Shown here piece by piece: positions 37,066 to 54,300 of a stretch of 64,000 bases of DNA. The notes beneath the pieces were generated by a model. The model was not told where the DNA came from, did not search any database, and saw only the letters and a list, made by a program, of their open reading frames with translations. Numbering within the stretch: the first letter of the stretch is position 1; every line of letters starts with the position of its first letter. The stretch covers positions 930,001 to 994,000 of the forward strand of contig NEEC01000004.1 of assembly GCA_002189035.1 (NCBI GenBank), in the 5' to 3' direction. Both the position numbers and the translations under genes were made by a program. The DNA is from Utricularia gibba (lineage: Eukaryota > Plantae > Magnoliophyta).

Positions 37066-39484
37066 ATGACGAGGGTAAGGTCAGATGGTGCGCTAAAGAA
37101 GCGCCTATGTCTCCCAGTAGGCATTGTGGGCGCTTTTCTTGTTTTTCTGTATTTCTACTATGGCTCTAGGAACTCTGGCGAGTCTGCTCTAGAATATGGC
37201 AGCCGATCGTTAAGAAGGCTCGGCTCTTCTTACATCGGCGGGGATGAAGATTCTGATGTTGGTCATAAACAAGAAGATTCATCAAACAAGGCAGAATTAG
37301 ATGAGGTGGATAACAGCATCACACCAAAGAGCTTTCCAGTAAGTAATTAAGTTTGTAAGGCCGATTTGAATGTAGTAACTGGTTATGCATGATCCCTTTG
37401 CTGTTTCTATGTGGTTAAGATGCAAATTTCTGTTCTCCAAGGTGTGTGATGATCGGCATTCGGAGTTGATTCCCTGTCTGGACAGAAATATTCATTCTCA
37501 GATGAGATTGAAGTTGGATTTATCGTTGATGGAGCACTATGAAAGACACTGCCCACTGCCTGAAAGGCGATTCAATTGTTTAATTCCTCCACCTCCAGGA
37601 TATAAGGTGACAGAACACACAAGTTAAACAATATAGCACATGATTTTGCTTCTGTTGGTTTAATTTTTTTCAGATTTATTTTCACTTTTTTGCTTATCAT
37701 GGTTTGATGCTATTGCAGGTTCCAATCAAGTGGCCAGCCAGTAGAGATGAAGTTTGGAAAGCAAACATTCCCCACACACACCTTGCACAGGAGAAGTCTG
37801 ACCAAAATTGGATGGTTGTTAAGGGAGATAAGATTAATTTTCCTGGTGGTGGCACCCACTTTCACTATGGAGCAGACAAGTACATTGCTCATATTGCAAA
37901 TGTAAGTGTCTTTCTGCCTTATTTCACCATTAGCGGATATTCACGTAATCCCCCACCCTTCTAATTTGATCATTTTTTCATTTCTAGATGCTCAACTTTT
38001 CAGAGAATGTATTGAACAATGAAGGAAATTTGCGTACAGTTTTTGATGTGGGATGTGGGGTTGCAAGTTTTGGTGGTTACCTTCTCTCGTCAAATATAAT
38101 CGCCATGTCATTAGCTCCGAATGATGTGCACCAAAATCAGATCCAGTTTGCTCTGGAAAGGGGAATTCCCGCATACCTTGGTGTTCTTGGGACTAAGCGA
38201 CTCCCCTATCCAAGCCGGTCGTTTGAACTTGCACACTGTTCTCGTTGCAGAATTGACTGGCTGCAAAGGGATGGCATTCTCCTCCTTGAATTGGATAGGC
38301 TGCTTAGACCTGGTGGCTACTTTGCATACTCTTCACCTGAAGCTTATGCCCAGGATGAAGAAGATCTTCGAATTTGGAAGCAGATGAGTGGACTTGTTGA
38401 ACGCATGTGTTGGAAAATTGCAGCTAAAAAGAATCAGACTGTCATTTGGCAAAAGCCTTTGACAAATGACTGCTATTTAGAGAGAGCGCCTGGCACCCAG
38501 CCTCCTCTCTGTCAATCTGACGATGACCCTGATGCTGTATGGAATGTAGCAATGCAGACATGCATTACCCCATACTCTGAGCGTAAGCTTCTCTTTGATC
38601 AAAATTTATTTTACGTCTGTTTCCGAGTTTTCAATGTTACACTATTTCCTCCCTTATCATCAGATGATCACAAAACCGGAGGTAGTGGACTGGCACCTTG
38701 GCCTGACCGTCTAACGTCCCCTCCTCCACGTCTTGCTGACCTTGGCTATTCCGGCGAAATGTTTGATAAAGACATGGTATTGAACACACCACACCCACCC
38801 CCATGCCAGTTCCTATTCTTACATACGCATTCTCTTTAATCCAAAAACTGACTGTGTACTCTTCGTTACCAGGAACTCTGGAGGCAGAGAGTTGATAGTT
38901 ACTGGAATCTCCTGGGCGCAAAAATCGGTCCTGATACAGTGAGGAACGTGATGGACATGAAAGCAAATTTAGGGTCTTTTGCTGCAGCTCTGAAAGAAAA
39001 GCATGTATGGGTGATGAACGTCGTCCCCGAAGACGGACCCAACACCCTCAAGATAGTCTACGACCGGGGCTTGATCGGCAGCATTCATAACTGGTACATG
39101 CTTCCTCACTACACTCCTCTGTAGCAAGGCAGGCAGGCTCCATCCTAACCCCCTCTTTATATCCACAGGTGTGAAGCCTTCTCCACATACCCGAGAACGT
39201 ACGACATGCTCCACGCTTGGACCGTCTTCTCCGACATCGAAAAGAAAGGTTGCAGCCGTGAGGACCTCCTCCTGGAGATCGATCGCATCCTCCGGCCTCT
39301 CGGGTTCTTGATCATCAGGGATCGACCCGCCGCCGTCGACTTTGTGAAGAAATATTTATCAGCATTGCACTGGGAAACAGTTGCGACATCTGCAGAAGCT
39401 GCAGGCGAAGAAGGGGACGAGGCCGTGCTCATCACTCAGAAGAAATTCTGGCTGGCCCCTGAAAGCTTCAGAGACACCGAATAG
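37066..39484 (+). CDS. Golgi SAM-dependent (pectin) methyltransferase, PMT1/3/8 clade (DUF248)
   Basis: N-terminal TM segment, CDDRHSELIPCLDR, MEHYERHCP, FPGGGTHFHYGADKYI, DVGCGVASFG, RLPYPSRSFELAHCSRC, RNVMDMKANLGSF and TYPRTYDMLHAW. Confidence 0.95.
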
Positions 39485-41998
39485 AACAAACACTACACTC
39501 TCTGCTTCAATGCCATCTTCTATTTCAACTTTGTATTATTTCCCCCTCTTTTCTATGTTATATTCCTCAAATAATGCTTATCTTCGCTGTACAATTCTGT
39601 ATGGGGTTTTTGTTACAAGAAAGTGTGTTAAAAAATACTTTAACAAAATTAATCTTTACCTTTAAGATAAATGATCTATTTCGATAAAATTATTTTTCAA
39701 AATTATATAATTTTATGTGTTATATATAATTAATGTTCAAAAATTTATATTTTTAATATTTTTTATCTTTATTGTTTAAACATCGACATAATTAATCTTT
39801 CATTATTCAAAAACTAGACAGAGTTAATTGAGAGCTAATTTTACTAAATTTTTAAATAATTGAAGAATACTAGTTCCAATTATTTTCAATAATAAAAATT
39901 ATTTATATGTACTAAATGGTTGAAAGTAAATTTTCTAATCAACTTTACTATTATTTTGAAATAGTGGATATTAATTACGTTAAATATATTAAAATAATAT
40001 TAATCATTTTTGTCACATTTAATATGTACTATTTATTTAATTTTAAATGAAGTTGTCAAGTATTTGGCTAACCCAAATTGAATAATTCACATGATTAATG
40101 ATAATAAAAAAGAAATTGACATCACAAAAATAAAAATAAAAGAAGAGAGAGAGGGAGAGAAAACGCGTTAAAGCGCGCCCGCTTTGCTAAATAATAATTA
40201 TTATTCGGTGAGAAAAAAAAAAAAGAAAAAATAAATGCTTTAGTTGGTTGGCTCAAGGACTCGAAGCTCTGAAGTAGACATGGCTTCTCGTATTCAATTA
40301 GTTAAACTGCTTTTGTTTATATAACTAATTTGTATTTTTTGATAAAATAATTTTAACAAAAAGTATTTTTTATGATAAATGTTGTATTAATTTTTTTTAC
40401 TATTAATTTTTTTTATTTATCTATTTGTGAATAAGATTATTTTTATTGATTTCCATAAATACTGATATGGATTTTAAAAAATGATGATATGTATTTTTGA
40501 AAATTATTTTTATTTTTACGGAAATCATTTTTATTCTAAATTATATACTATAAAAATCATTTTGAGTAAATTGAGTTTACTCATGTAAATTCAATAACGA
40601 AAGCCACGTCATCATTTCCGGCAACGAGTAAACATGCTGTAATGATTATTGTATGATTAATAGTCGAATTTGAATATAATTAAAAACAAAGCTACCTTTT
40701 TAAAAAATATACATTGTAAAATTTATACTAATTATAGAGTAATTTTGTAATTAAGTTTTTTATTCATTCATTTTAAAAAAATTGATTGCACCTACTTATG
40801 ATAATTGATTATGCTTAACTAAATCTTAAACTATTATTAAGCAGTTATGATTTGATTACGTCCTAATCAACTTTCAGTCATTCCAGACTTGTCTTTGTTT
40901 ATCATCCAACGGAGGTTTGATTGTTTGTTCATGATTGGATCGACTCCGACGACGGCGGTGATCTAGGGACGGCGGTTGACCGGTCGGGTCGACCCATGGG
41001 GGGAGAGAATGCTATCTTGACAGCCCGATGAAGTAAAAAAAAACAAAGAGGGGTTCAAGATACGCAACGCATGTTAGCAAAGAAAGCAGAACCCAAAAAT
41101 AAAAGCAGAACTTCTTCTGTTCCCCGGAGGCTTAATAAAAAAAGAAGGAAACCTGTCTCTCTCCTTCTCTCTTTAATGGCGAATGAATGATGGATGGTAT
41201 GATACAAGCATGAATGAGGAGGCCGCTGCTTGAAGTTTTGAACCGCCATTTGTATCTCAGCTCGACTCTACTTGTCTCTCCCTTTCCACAGCGTGTTACT
41301 TGCGGCTTCGGTTTCCTCTGTTTACAGCATCCCAACTTGTGGGACGGGGGGATGCTCTGAATGAATTCATGTGCAGGTGAATTGTGCTTATCGGATCCGG
41401 GAGATCTGAATTTTCATTGTTTTGTTTGAATCAGGACTGAGTTTTTGTAGAATTGGTCAGTCGGAAACTCTCTTGATTTGTGATTGCTGAATATTCTTTG
41501 CAACATGGATTGTTTCAACATTTGATATTCTTTTTAATGCGGTGCCGTGGCGTTTTTAAGTTGTCTCAGGTCATCAGTTTCTTTTCCAAGTATGGGCTTA
41601 ACGCTCTATATTTTGCTTGTTTCGATCAAGTGTTGATTTTTTTCTATAAACTGCTCTGTTCGTTACTTCTTTGCTTTTTCGGTCATATCAGACGATTTGG
41701 GGTAAAATAAACGTGGCACATTCTGGTGAGATATGGGCTTATAATTCTTCCGGTGAAATACTTATGTAATGCATTTGAAGGAAAAGTTATCTCTTTTGGC
41801 CATGGCATCTAGAGTGATCATCTCTTTCTTTTTATCTTCTGTGCAGGGCTAAGATATTAGTTTATTGCGTGGATTCTCAAGATTCTATAACTGTTCCATT
41901 GAGGGCCTGCTGCTGAGAGGCGAGTTGTGAGATATCTGATAGGGATTTGTAGCTTGAGGAACTTTTCCACTGCATAGCTACAACAAGAGGCTCTATTG

Positions 41999-45533
<3,535 letters not shown>

Positions 45534-45979
45534 CACACAGAATCAACACTGTCTTCCCTAAAAATGCTTGATTTTCCATTCTGGGCAAAGTAATATCAGT
45601 GTTTGTAGCCCTTTTTTTTCATGCGTCGGATGTGGTTGTTCTTCCCCCTTAGTGATTGATTGGCTATGGCTTGTGTAGATTAGATAGTCCTTGGCTGTAC
45701 ATAGTTCCAGCATTGACTGAGATCAGAGCACATCATGCGGGGTGTACTCTGACCGTTGAGGCGGTTCGTCGAACCGGGCCGGTTTACGATAATGGTTTTT
45801 GGCCCGGGATGGTTTAAAATAAAATATATCTTTTAAAATCACCTCCCGCTCCGGTTTCCTGGAAAAAGATGAGCACCGACATTCCGCCCACATGTAAAAT
45901 GGCCTTTTTGCCCCAAAGCGCGGAAAAAGCCCTAAAGAAACGCTGTTGATTCGTGTTTGGGGATTTCGGATTTTGAGAG

Positions 45980-46643
45980 ATGCAAGCGAGTGACAGGTTC
46001 AACATCAACTCGCAGCTCGAGCATTTGCAGGCAAAATATGTCGGAACGGGCCATGCTGACTTGACGAGATTGTGAGCTTGCTTTTGTTAGTTTTCTTTTT
46101 TTGTGTGATCTTTTGCTGTTTGTAGTTAAAATTGTTTGTCGTACTTTGATTTGCAGCGAATGGGCGGTGAATATCCATCGCGATAGTCACGCTTCATACA
46201 TTGGGCATTACCCGATGCTGGCTTATTTTGCTGTCGCGGAGAATGAATCCATCGGGAGAGAGCGGTACAACTTTATGCAGGTGTGTCTTCTTTATCTAAG
46301 ATTACATCTTTTTGTTTCTGTTTTTCGTATGATATCGTGTAAATGTTGTTTTTGAATGGTAGTTTATTATTATTTTCTGCGCTTTATCTCTGGTGTGCCC
46401 CTGCTTGATTGGGTCGCGCAGTTTCTTGGCTAATCCTGTTTGCTATTATTTTTCGTGTTTTTTTTTTTTCGGGTGCTTCAGAAAGGCTCTATTTTGCGGA
46501 ATCTCTTTTGATATGCTGTAAAGAGAAAATGACTTTCAGTGAGATCTCCATTTGATGATGATCCTTCCTAAAAGCTTGCCTTCATTCTATTGCAGAAAAT
46601 GCTCTTACCCTGTGGGCTTCCTCCAGAGAGAGAGGATGAATGA
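45980..46643 (+). CDS. SF3B5: Splicing factor 3B subunit 5 (SF3b10/RDS3 complex subunit)
   Basis: Three exons give MQASDRFNINSQLEHLQAKYVGTGHADLTRF-EWAVNIHRDSHASYIGHYPMLAYFAVAENESIGRERYNFMQ-KMLLPCGLPPEREDE*. Confidence 0.96.
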
Positions 46644-47291
46644 AGCAGAAAAGAGGATAAATGAAGAATTGCTGCAAGTTCCTGTTAAGAACCAGTGTTC
46701 TAGGCCTACTGAAATATTTAGTATGTGGTTTTGGGTACCTGTCAGTTCATTCTGCTACGTTCTTGCTTTCTGGAATACTTCTGTAACCGGTATAATCAAC
46801 CGTTTCATTCAGAGTTGAATGATGTTTAGTTGGCCTGGTGGGGTGAATAAGTAGGTTTTCAATGAACTGGGGGGTTCCCCTGTTTCCCTCTACCCTGTTG
46901 TATGGTGCAACAGAAAAAGTAGTAGAATGGCAATGTAGCCGTCCTTTATTAGCCATGTTTGAAGTGCCATACACAATCCAAATATCCCTTTAACACTGAA
47001 GTGAGTGAATACTACTGCTCAACAGTCTGTATCTTCATCCGTTTTCCACGCGAGTTTTTTGAGCCCCATTCACAGGAACTGACTGCAACATGTGAAAGCT
47101 TAAATTCCTTGGAAATTTGAAAAAAAGATTCGCATTTGGTGGAGATACAGACGACTTCAACTAATTCTGCAGTAAATGCAGGGCGTTCACACCCTTAATG
47201 AAGGGCCCGTGCTCTGAATTCCATCCTGTTGGAACTTGTTTCCTTGAAAAGCTTCTGACTGTTGTTTATTTTGCATATCTCTACATATTTT

Positions 47292-47879
47292 ATGGAGCAT
47301 TCTGATCATCTGACTAGAGTGCCTCTGAGGAAGCCAGATTCACTGCCAATAGCATGCCGTCTGTGTAACAGAGTTTTCTTTGACAACATCAGCCTGGTCT
47401 TGCACGTTGATGAGTCTCATGAGATTGATGAGATTCTACATGGGGTGCAATTTAGCAGAACATGGCTTCCATCCTCTGCCAACTTGCCTCATAATTCATG
47501 GTTTTTCAACGCAGAGAGCATGAAAATTTATGGTAGTGCAATAAGAGGGGCAAGGCCTTGCTCTAATGCAGTGGATACTCCAAGCATTTTTATGGGAAGT
47601 TTAAGCTATAAACTGCACCCGGCTGTTAGACGGATGACCATGAAGATCAACCAGAACCAGATGAAGAAAATAAAAACAACTTTTGCGGTCAATTATCCTC
47701 GATTTGGACTGCGTAGGCTTGGGCGTGGTTTAACAGGGGAACATTTATCTATCATCAATGGAAGCAGGGATGACTCACTGTTGCAGCAGTCTTTTTCTGG
47801 ATCGAGCGAAGCATATAATGACCTCATGGTTGCAAGTGATGATGACAAACAGACCCTTGACTTGACTCTAAGCCTTTAG
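47292..47879 (+). CDS. Atypical C2H2 zinc finger (non-QALGGH) with C-terminal EAR motif
   Basis: CRLC-x12-H-x4-H (CRLCNRVFFDNISLVLHVDESH) and terminal LDLTLSL* in a single-exon ORF. Confidence 0.75.
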   Translation: MEHSDHLTRVPLRKPDSLPIACRLCNRVFFDNISLVLHVDESHEIDEILHGVQFSRTWLPSSANLPHNSWFFNAESMKIYGSAIRGARPCSNAVDTPSIFMGSLSYKLHPAVRRMTMKINQNQMKKIKTTFAVNYPRFGLRRLGRGLTGEHLSIINGSRDDSLLQQSFSGSSEAYNDLMVASDDDKQTLDLTLSL

Positions 47880-48235
47880 ACTTGGAGAACTTAATCTCAT
47901 CTCTTGGTAAACTCGATTTACAAAATTAGTTTTGTATGTTTGTGGTCATTTGAGAGTTAAGAACCACTAGCTGCTGTACTTTGGAGCAAAATTAGGAATC
48001 ATTCTGATTATTAATTTTTCGTTTTGTTATAATTGAAGTTAAAATATTTCATCGTTTTTCAATCTGGACTGCCACTCCGTTTGATCTTGTGAAAATACTA
48101 TATATAGATATGCTGTGACAAATAAAAATGAATGTAAAAAAAATTACCTTTCAACATGTTAGGGAGAATTCCATTTACCAAGTTCCATGAGGTGACTATG
48201 AATGGAAGTGCAATTGTATAGCCACAATCCAAGGG

Positions 48236-48255
48236 AGTTAGTTAGTTAGTTAGTT
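48236..48255. repeat. (AGTT)5 microsatellite upstream of GLTP1
   Basis: Read directly from the sequence. Confidence 0.85.
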
Positions 48256-48336
48256 GTTCTTCCCCTGTCTGTCAAACATCACCATTTTTTATGTACATCG
48301 GAATACTGAAACACACATTTTCAGGAACAGAAAAAG

Positions 48337-49367
48337 ATGTCACAAACAGTGTTTACTTCTTGTGTTGAAGGATTAAAACGTGTTAAATCTGAACAAGGAG
48401 AGCTGCTGACAGAGCCTTTTCTGGATGTATGCAAACTCATCTTCCCTGTTGTAGGTATTTCTTGTGTGTTCCGTCGATCAGAATAAACTCTAGAAATGAT
48501 CAGTCTTAAGGGTGTCGCATATTCATGTGATTGTAGACAAATTTGGAGCAGCCATGACTGTTGTGAAATCTGATATTGGCGGCAACATATCTGTAAGATT
48601 TTCCTTTCATCAGATGAACGCCAGAATTGTTGTGTTTCTCTGCTGTTAAAGCTCCTGAATTCATAAGATGTGTGTGCTCTAGAGACTGGAAAGCAAGTTC
48701 AATTCAAATCCATCGAGATTCAACTATCTCTTCAACTTGGTGCAAGCTGAAGTGGAAACAAAAACAGCCAAGTCTTCATCCAGCTGCTCCAGTGGCCTTC
48801 TGTGGCTGACAAGGTACTGCTGCTCCTTAGCAGCAAATACTATTAGTTCAAATGAGTTTTCTGAAGAAGCCATTGAAATGAAGTCCTGTGATTGTTTCCC
48901 AGAGCAATGGATTTCCTCATCACCTTGTTCCGAAACTTAGCGGAGCATCAGGACTGGTCCATGACACAAGTCTGTAATGATGCATATGGGAAGACGCTAA
49001 AGAAATGGCATGGATGGCTTGCAAGCTCTAGTTTTGCGGTAAGGAAAGCAAAAGCAATCTGTGTACCGTCAATCTTGCAGCATTTTTTTGCCTCTCATGA
49101 CCATCATGCGGTTCAAAGGTTGTGATTAAGCTTGCACCAGATAGAAAGAAGTTCATTGAAGTGATGGCTTCAGAGAGCAAGGATGATATCTACTCTGAAA
49201 TTTTGAGCTTTTGCACCAGTTTTGCACCCATTCTACAAGAGATTCACAGGTTCCTGGTAAAGCTCTCTGCTCCCGCTCCATGGTTCGTTCACATTCGACC
49301 TGCAACAAACACCATGATTCATTGATTGCAGCATGGTGTTGGATTGGACAGCATGAAAGCTTCTTGA
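48337..49367 (+). CDS. GLTP1: Glycolipid transfer protein 1
   Basis: Six exons: MSQTVFTSCVEGLKRVKSEQGELLTEPFLDVCK, DKFGAAMTVVKSDIGGNIS-RLE, GLLWLTR-AMDFL, TLKKWHGWLASSSF, LAPDRKKF, LDSMKAS*. Confidence 0.94.
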
Positions 49368-49884
49368 GGAGATCATCATCTTCCTCACCAACTTTACGTT
49401 TGGCTCACACCAAACTCTCATTTGCCATGAAGTTGGAAGAGCTTGCACCATCGGCCGGGCGTCTGCTTTTGTTGCTTTACAGTCCAATATGCTAAGTTCA
49501 ACGCTTTCAATCAATACAAAACACAAATTGGCATTCCTTGTTATTTCTGATGGCACCAAAAAAGAAAAAGACAATCTCATTCTCATACTCATGCTCAATA
49601 TGTTCTCCAATGCGCCTTGGACATCTAGAGACCAAGCAACCCGTTGTTTTTTAACAAAGCCCATGAACACAAGAAAGAAGACAATCCAATGATGGTCATC
49701 GTCCACTTTTCAAAAAGCTTGAATACCAGACGTGAGAATGACAAGTCTAGAATATACAAATGAGACGAGTCAGGAAGATAATACTGGAGCTGCTGTATAC
49801 TTGTTGCTCTTCTCCTTTGTTGATAATTCTTGTGCTGGCGTGAGCATCCAACCAATAGAGGAAGTCCACGTGGGTGATGAATCT

Positions 49885-50355
49885 CTACATCTGAATCCAC
49901 TTGGCCAATTGTGATGGGTTGACCACGTCAGGGACGTGTGCTCCACCGCTCAACAACAGGCGTGACAATTCGGCGTAAGCTACTGGCTTGGGCTCCAGGG
50001 CCGGCTCGGCTTCACAGTCGGTTCTCTCCTTTTTCAACTTAGCCGGCCTGCCTTCTTCAACAAACTTCTTCCCAAGCAAAGTTCCCTTGGTCAAGAATTC
50101 GTGAGCCATGTAGCCGGCTAGGAGCCGGTTGGAAGAAAGCCGCGTCGGCGCCGTCCCCGACTGCTGCTGCTGCTGCGGCTGCTGAGCCTGAGGTTCCTTG
50201 GTGGTGATCGTTCTCCGATTTGACGCTTTAACGGACGTTGGCGTGATTAACGGTTTAGCTGACGTGGGGTTAGGGTTCAAGAGGAACGGGAAATCTCTCT
50301 CTTTCCGCTTCCGTGATTCCCCGTGAGTCAACATTTTACGGGGATGATAACTCAT
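49885..50355 (-). CDS. Conserved plant protein of unknown function (EDA6-like, At1g04000/At5g44060 type)
   Basis: Intronless. It carries SRKRKER, a polyQ tract, SNRLLAGYMAHEFLTKGTLLG and C-terminal YAELSRLL..GAHVPDVVNPSQLAKWIQM. Confidence 0.8.
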   Translation of the reverse strand: MSYHPRKMLTHGESRKRKERDFPFLLNPNPTSAKPLITPTSVKASNRRTITTKEPQAQQPQQQQQSGTAPTRLSSNRLLAGYMAHEFLTKGTLLGKKFVEEGRPAKLKKERTDCEAEPALEPKPVAYAELSRLLLSGGAHVPDVVNPSQLAKWIQM

Positions 50356-51332
50356 CGTGACCGTTCAATTTTAGCTCGCGAGATTCCTCTTTCTACGGCG
50401 GAGATTGAGATGAGATGAGGGTTCCACCGAGGCAAAATTGAAAAAGAAGATTAATAAACCCGACGTACGGCACGGTACGGCGGCGAAACTTGGAAATTGA
50501 AGGATCGATTGAATTTAAAGTTGGACAAAGTCGCATTTACTTCGACGCGAAAAACGGAGACAAAATAGAGAAGCAAGAGAAATCGCAAATTAATTCGAAA
50601 ATTTTTTTCCCCCGGAGATCTTGTGGATTCGCGAATCTCAGCCGACCGACGGCGACCGTGGATCTGAGAACAGGCGGCGGAGGGAAACTGAGGGAACAAG
50701 GGAGAAGCAACTACACCGACGGAACGGGAAAAATTGGTGCTAGGGGCCCGATATTTATAGCCTTCAGAATCAAGAAATGCCTTCGGAACTTGCGTTATTT
50801 ACGAGATTGCCATTCGAAATATGCTACACGTGGACGGTCAGATTACCCCAACAAAATTCGATATAACCGTAAGGATAATTTGGGGATTATGAAATAAAAC
50901 GGTAATAACCATGTAGTTTTCCTGGGCTCTGGTGCATGTTACCAATTCCTTCTTTATTATTAAACCAAAATGTAATTTATTTAATCGTTATTAAATAATA
51001 ATATAATATAATATAATATTTTTTCCCAAAAATTATACCATAAATATCATTCAAATTTCATATTTATAACTAGATATACAGCTATTTTATTTTTTAAAAT
51101 AAGAAAATTTATTAATAAAATAATAATAATAATAATTTTATTACGTTTCTTTTTTTTCTTTTTTCTTTTTTGTATTGTGAGGCGAAATAACGTAAAGTTG
51201 ATGAGAAGACGCAGAAAGTGAAGATCGTTCCCTCGGCAATTTCATTGGCAGGAAGAAAAATTCCTCGTCAAGCGTCTTCGCTTCTCCCATTGGTCAAAAG
51301 AACGACGCCGTCCTCCTCGCGCCGGAGAAACA

Positions 51333-54300
51333 ATGGCCCATCTCCGTGGCGCTGCTGTACCTGCCGGAAACGACGTCGTCTCCCCATTCCCAAGCTCGAA
51401 GGCCTCGACCACGACGATTTCCGAGAGGCGGCTTACGAGGTGTTTTTCACCGCGTGCCGTGCATCACCTGGGTTTGGCGGCCGGGGACCGATTCATTATC
51501 ATGGGTATTCCGACGAGGGAGGGGACGGTGCCGCATCGTCTCCGGTTAAGCCGCCCGGGGTGGGAATGGCGGTGACTAGCCGGGTCAAGAGAGCTCTGGG
51601 TTTAAAAATGATAAGACGGCCGCCTCCATCGCGGAGGAGTAGCTCGTGCGGAGGTTCCCATTGTCGCCGGGAGGAATGGGAACTTTGAGCCCCAGATTGG
51701 GATTCACCATGCCGAACAGAGGCCGACTCCGGCGGCCGATGACCTCCGCTGAGATCATGAGGCACCAAATGCGTGTCACGGAGCAGAGTGACAATCGGCT
51801 GAGGAAAACTCTCATGAGGACCCTCGTCGGTCAGGTACGTTGTTAAAAACATTTTCGACTTTCTGATAATCGCAAATCCGAGACAATGATGGATTTTTTT
51901 TGTTTCTTTGAAAATTGTCAGACGGGTCGGCGTGCAGAGACGATAATTCTGCCGTTGGAGCTCCTCCGCCATTTGAAGCCATCGGAGTTTGTGGATGCAC
52001 ATGAATACCATTTTTGGCAGAAGCGGCAGCTCAAAATTCTGGAAATGGGCCTCCTCCTTTACCCCTCCATTCCTCTCGATAAATCCGACAAACATGTTAT
52101 CAAGCTCAGAGAAATCATCCGTTCATCGGAAACGATAGTCATTGACACTGGCAAAAACTCAGAGACAATGAGATCCCTTTGCAATTGCATTGTTTCATTG
52201 GCATGGAGGAGCCCCGACGGAGGAGCTACCGATGTCTGCCACTGGGCCGATGGATACCCTCTCAATGTCGAAATCTACCTCGCCCTGCTCCGATCAATTT
52301 TCGATCTCAAGGATGAGACAACGGTGCTTGATGAGGTTGATGAATTGCTTGAGCTGATGAAGAAGACTTGGCATACCCTGGGGATCAACAGGTCCATTCA
52401 TAACTTGTGCTTCACTTGGGTACTTTTCGAACAATATCTTGTCACCGGAGAAATCGAACCGGATCTTCTCTCGGCGTCCCACACCATGTTGTCTGAGGTA
52501 GCAAATGATGCTAAGAAGGCCGATAGAGAGCATAATATCTATGTGAGGATGTTGGCTTGTGTCCTGGCTGAGATGAAGAAGTGGTGTGATAAGAGACTGT
52601 TGGATTATCACTCATGGTTTGATAATGGGAATGTTGGACTGATGGAAAACATTCTTCCCTTGGCATTTTTAGCTAGCAAGATACTGGAAGAAGATGTTCC
52701 TTTCTACGTCACTTCGCCTCACCAAAATGGAGACTTTGTCCCATCTGATGGAAATAAGGTTGATCTTTACATTCGATCTTCTTCAAAGAACGCATTTTCA
52801 AGGTTGGTTGAAGAAAACATCGATGAAAAAGAAATGGATGAGGCAAAGAAAGTGAGTGAAGTCCTGATAAAGTTAGCAAGAGAAACAGAGGAGTTAGCTT
52901 CAAAAGAGAAGCATGTCTTCAGCCCTGCTCTAAACAAATGGCATCCCGTCGCTTGTGGAGCCTCGGCCGTGACCCTTCATGCTTGCTACGGTGCCTTGTT
53001 GAAAAGATACTTAAACCGTTTGTCTTCAATGATAAACGAAACCATCCTGGTTCTGCAGAGGGCTGGAAAGCTTGAGAAGGGACTAATACAGCTTGTTGTA
53101 GAGGATTCTGTTGAATGTGAAGATGGAGGCAAAGCCATCGTGAGGGAGATGGTTCCTTATGATGTCGACTCCGTTATACTCAACATACTGAAGCAGTGGA
53201 TTCATGATAGGCTTAAGATTGGGAAGGAGGAGCTCCAAAGATCAAAGGAAACAGAGGTAAAGGGCTCGCCTTTAAAAAAAACCATGCTTTTATCTGGCTT
53301 CTTTGTTCATTTGTCATGCTGACAACTCTTGGCAGACATGGAATCCCAAATCGAAAATGGAACCCCACGCTAATTCGGCTGTCGAGCTAATCCGACTTGC
53401 CAGAGAAGCCATCGGAAACTTCTTCGATATCCCTGTTAATATGTCGGAGAACCTGGTGGAGGAGTTCACAGATGGCCTAGAGCATCTCATTGGGGACTAC
53501 ATCAGATTTGCTGCCTCTTGCGGTATGTATCCAACTTCTTGCTCCTTTACATACGGATTCGTCTGACAATGCGTTGTGAGTTTCAGGATCCAAGCAGAAC
53601 TATATTCCAACTCTTCCTCCCTTAACTCGTTGCAGTGGGGATTCGAAGTTGTTCAAGCTGTGGAAACGAGCTGCCTGCAATGCCGGCGTCGAGTATCCAA
53701 GCCACATTGCACCGGAGGAAGGCAACCCAGACCACCCATTTACCAGCCGAGGCACCCAACGCCTCTACATTCGTCTCAATACCTTGCAGTTCCTACTCTC
53801 CCAGCTCCACGCTCTCGACAAGATGCTGCTCTCGCTTTCGCCCAAGATCAGTCCGCCGAAGAACCGATCATGCAGTAGAAGACGGCTGGGAAGTTCCTAC
53901 TTAGATCAAAGCCGATCAGCAATCCAGACAGCTTGCCAGCATGTGGCTGAAGTTGCTGCACATAGACTGGTTTTCTTGGACTCGAACTCTGTTTTCTATG
54001 GCAGCCTTTACGTCGCAGGCGTAGAGACTGCCCGGATCAGTCCGATGCTGAGGGTTCTGAAGCAGAATCTGACGCTTATGTGTGCCATCGTGGCCGATAG
54101 TGTTCAAAAATTGGTCTTGAAAGAAGTTATGAAAGCTTCATTTGACGCTTTCCTGATGGTGCTTCTAGCAGGCGGCAGTTCAAGGATGTTCTCGCGGCTG
54201 GATCACTCAATGATCGAGGAAGATTTGGATAACCTGAAAAGGGTTTTCTGCACCTGCGCCGAAGGATTGATCGGAGAGGATGAGGTTGCGAGACTGGGGG

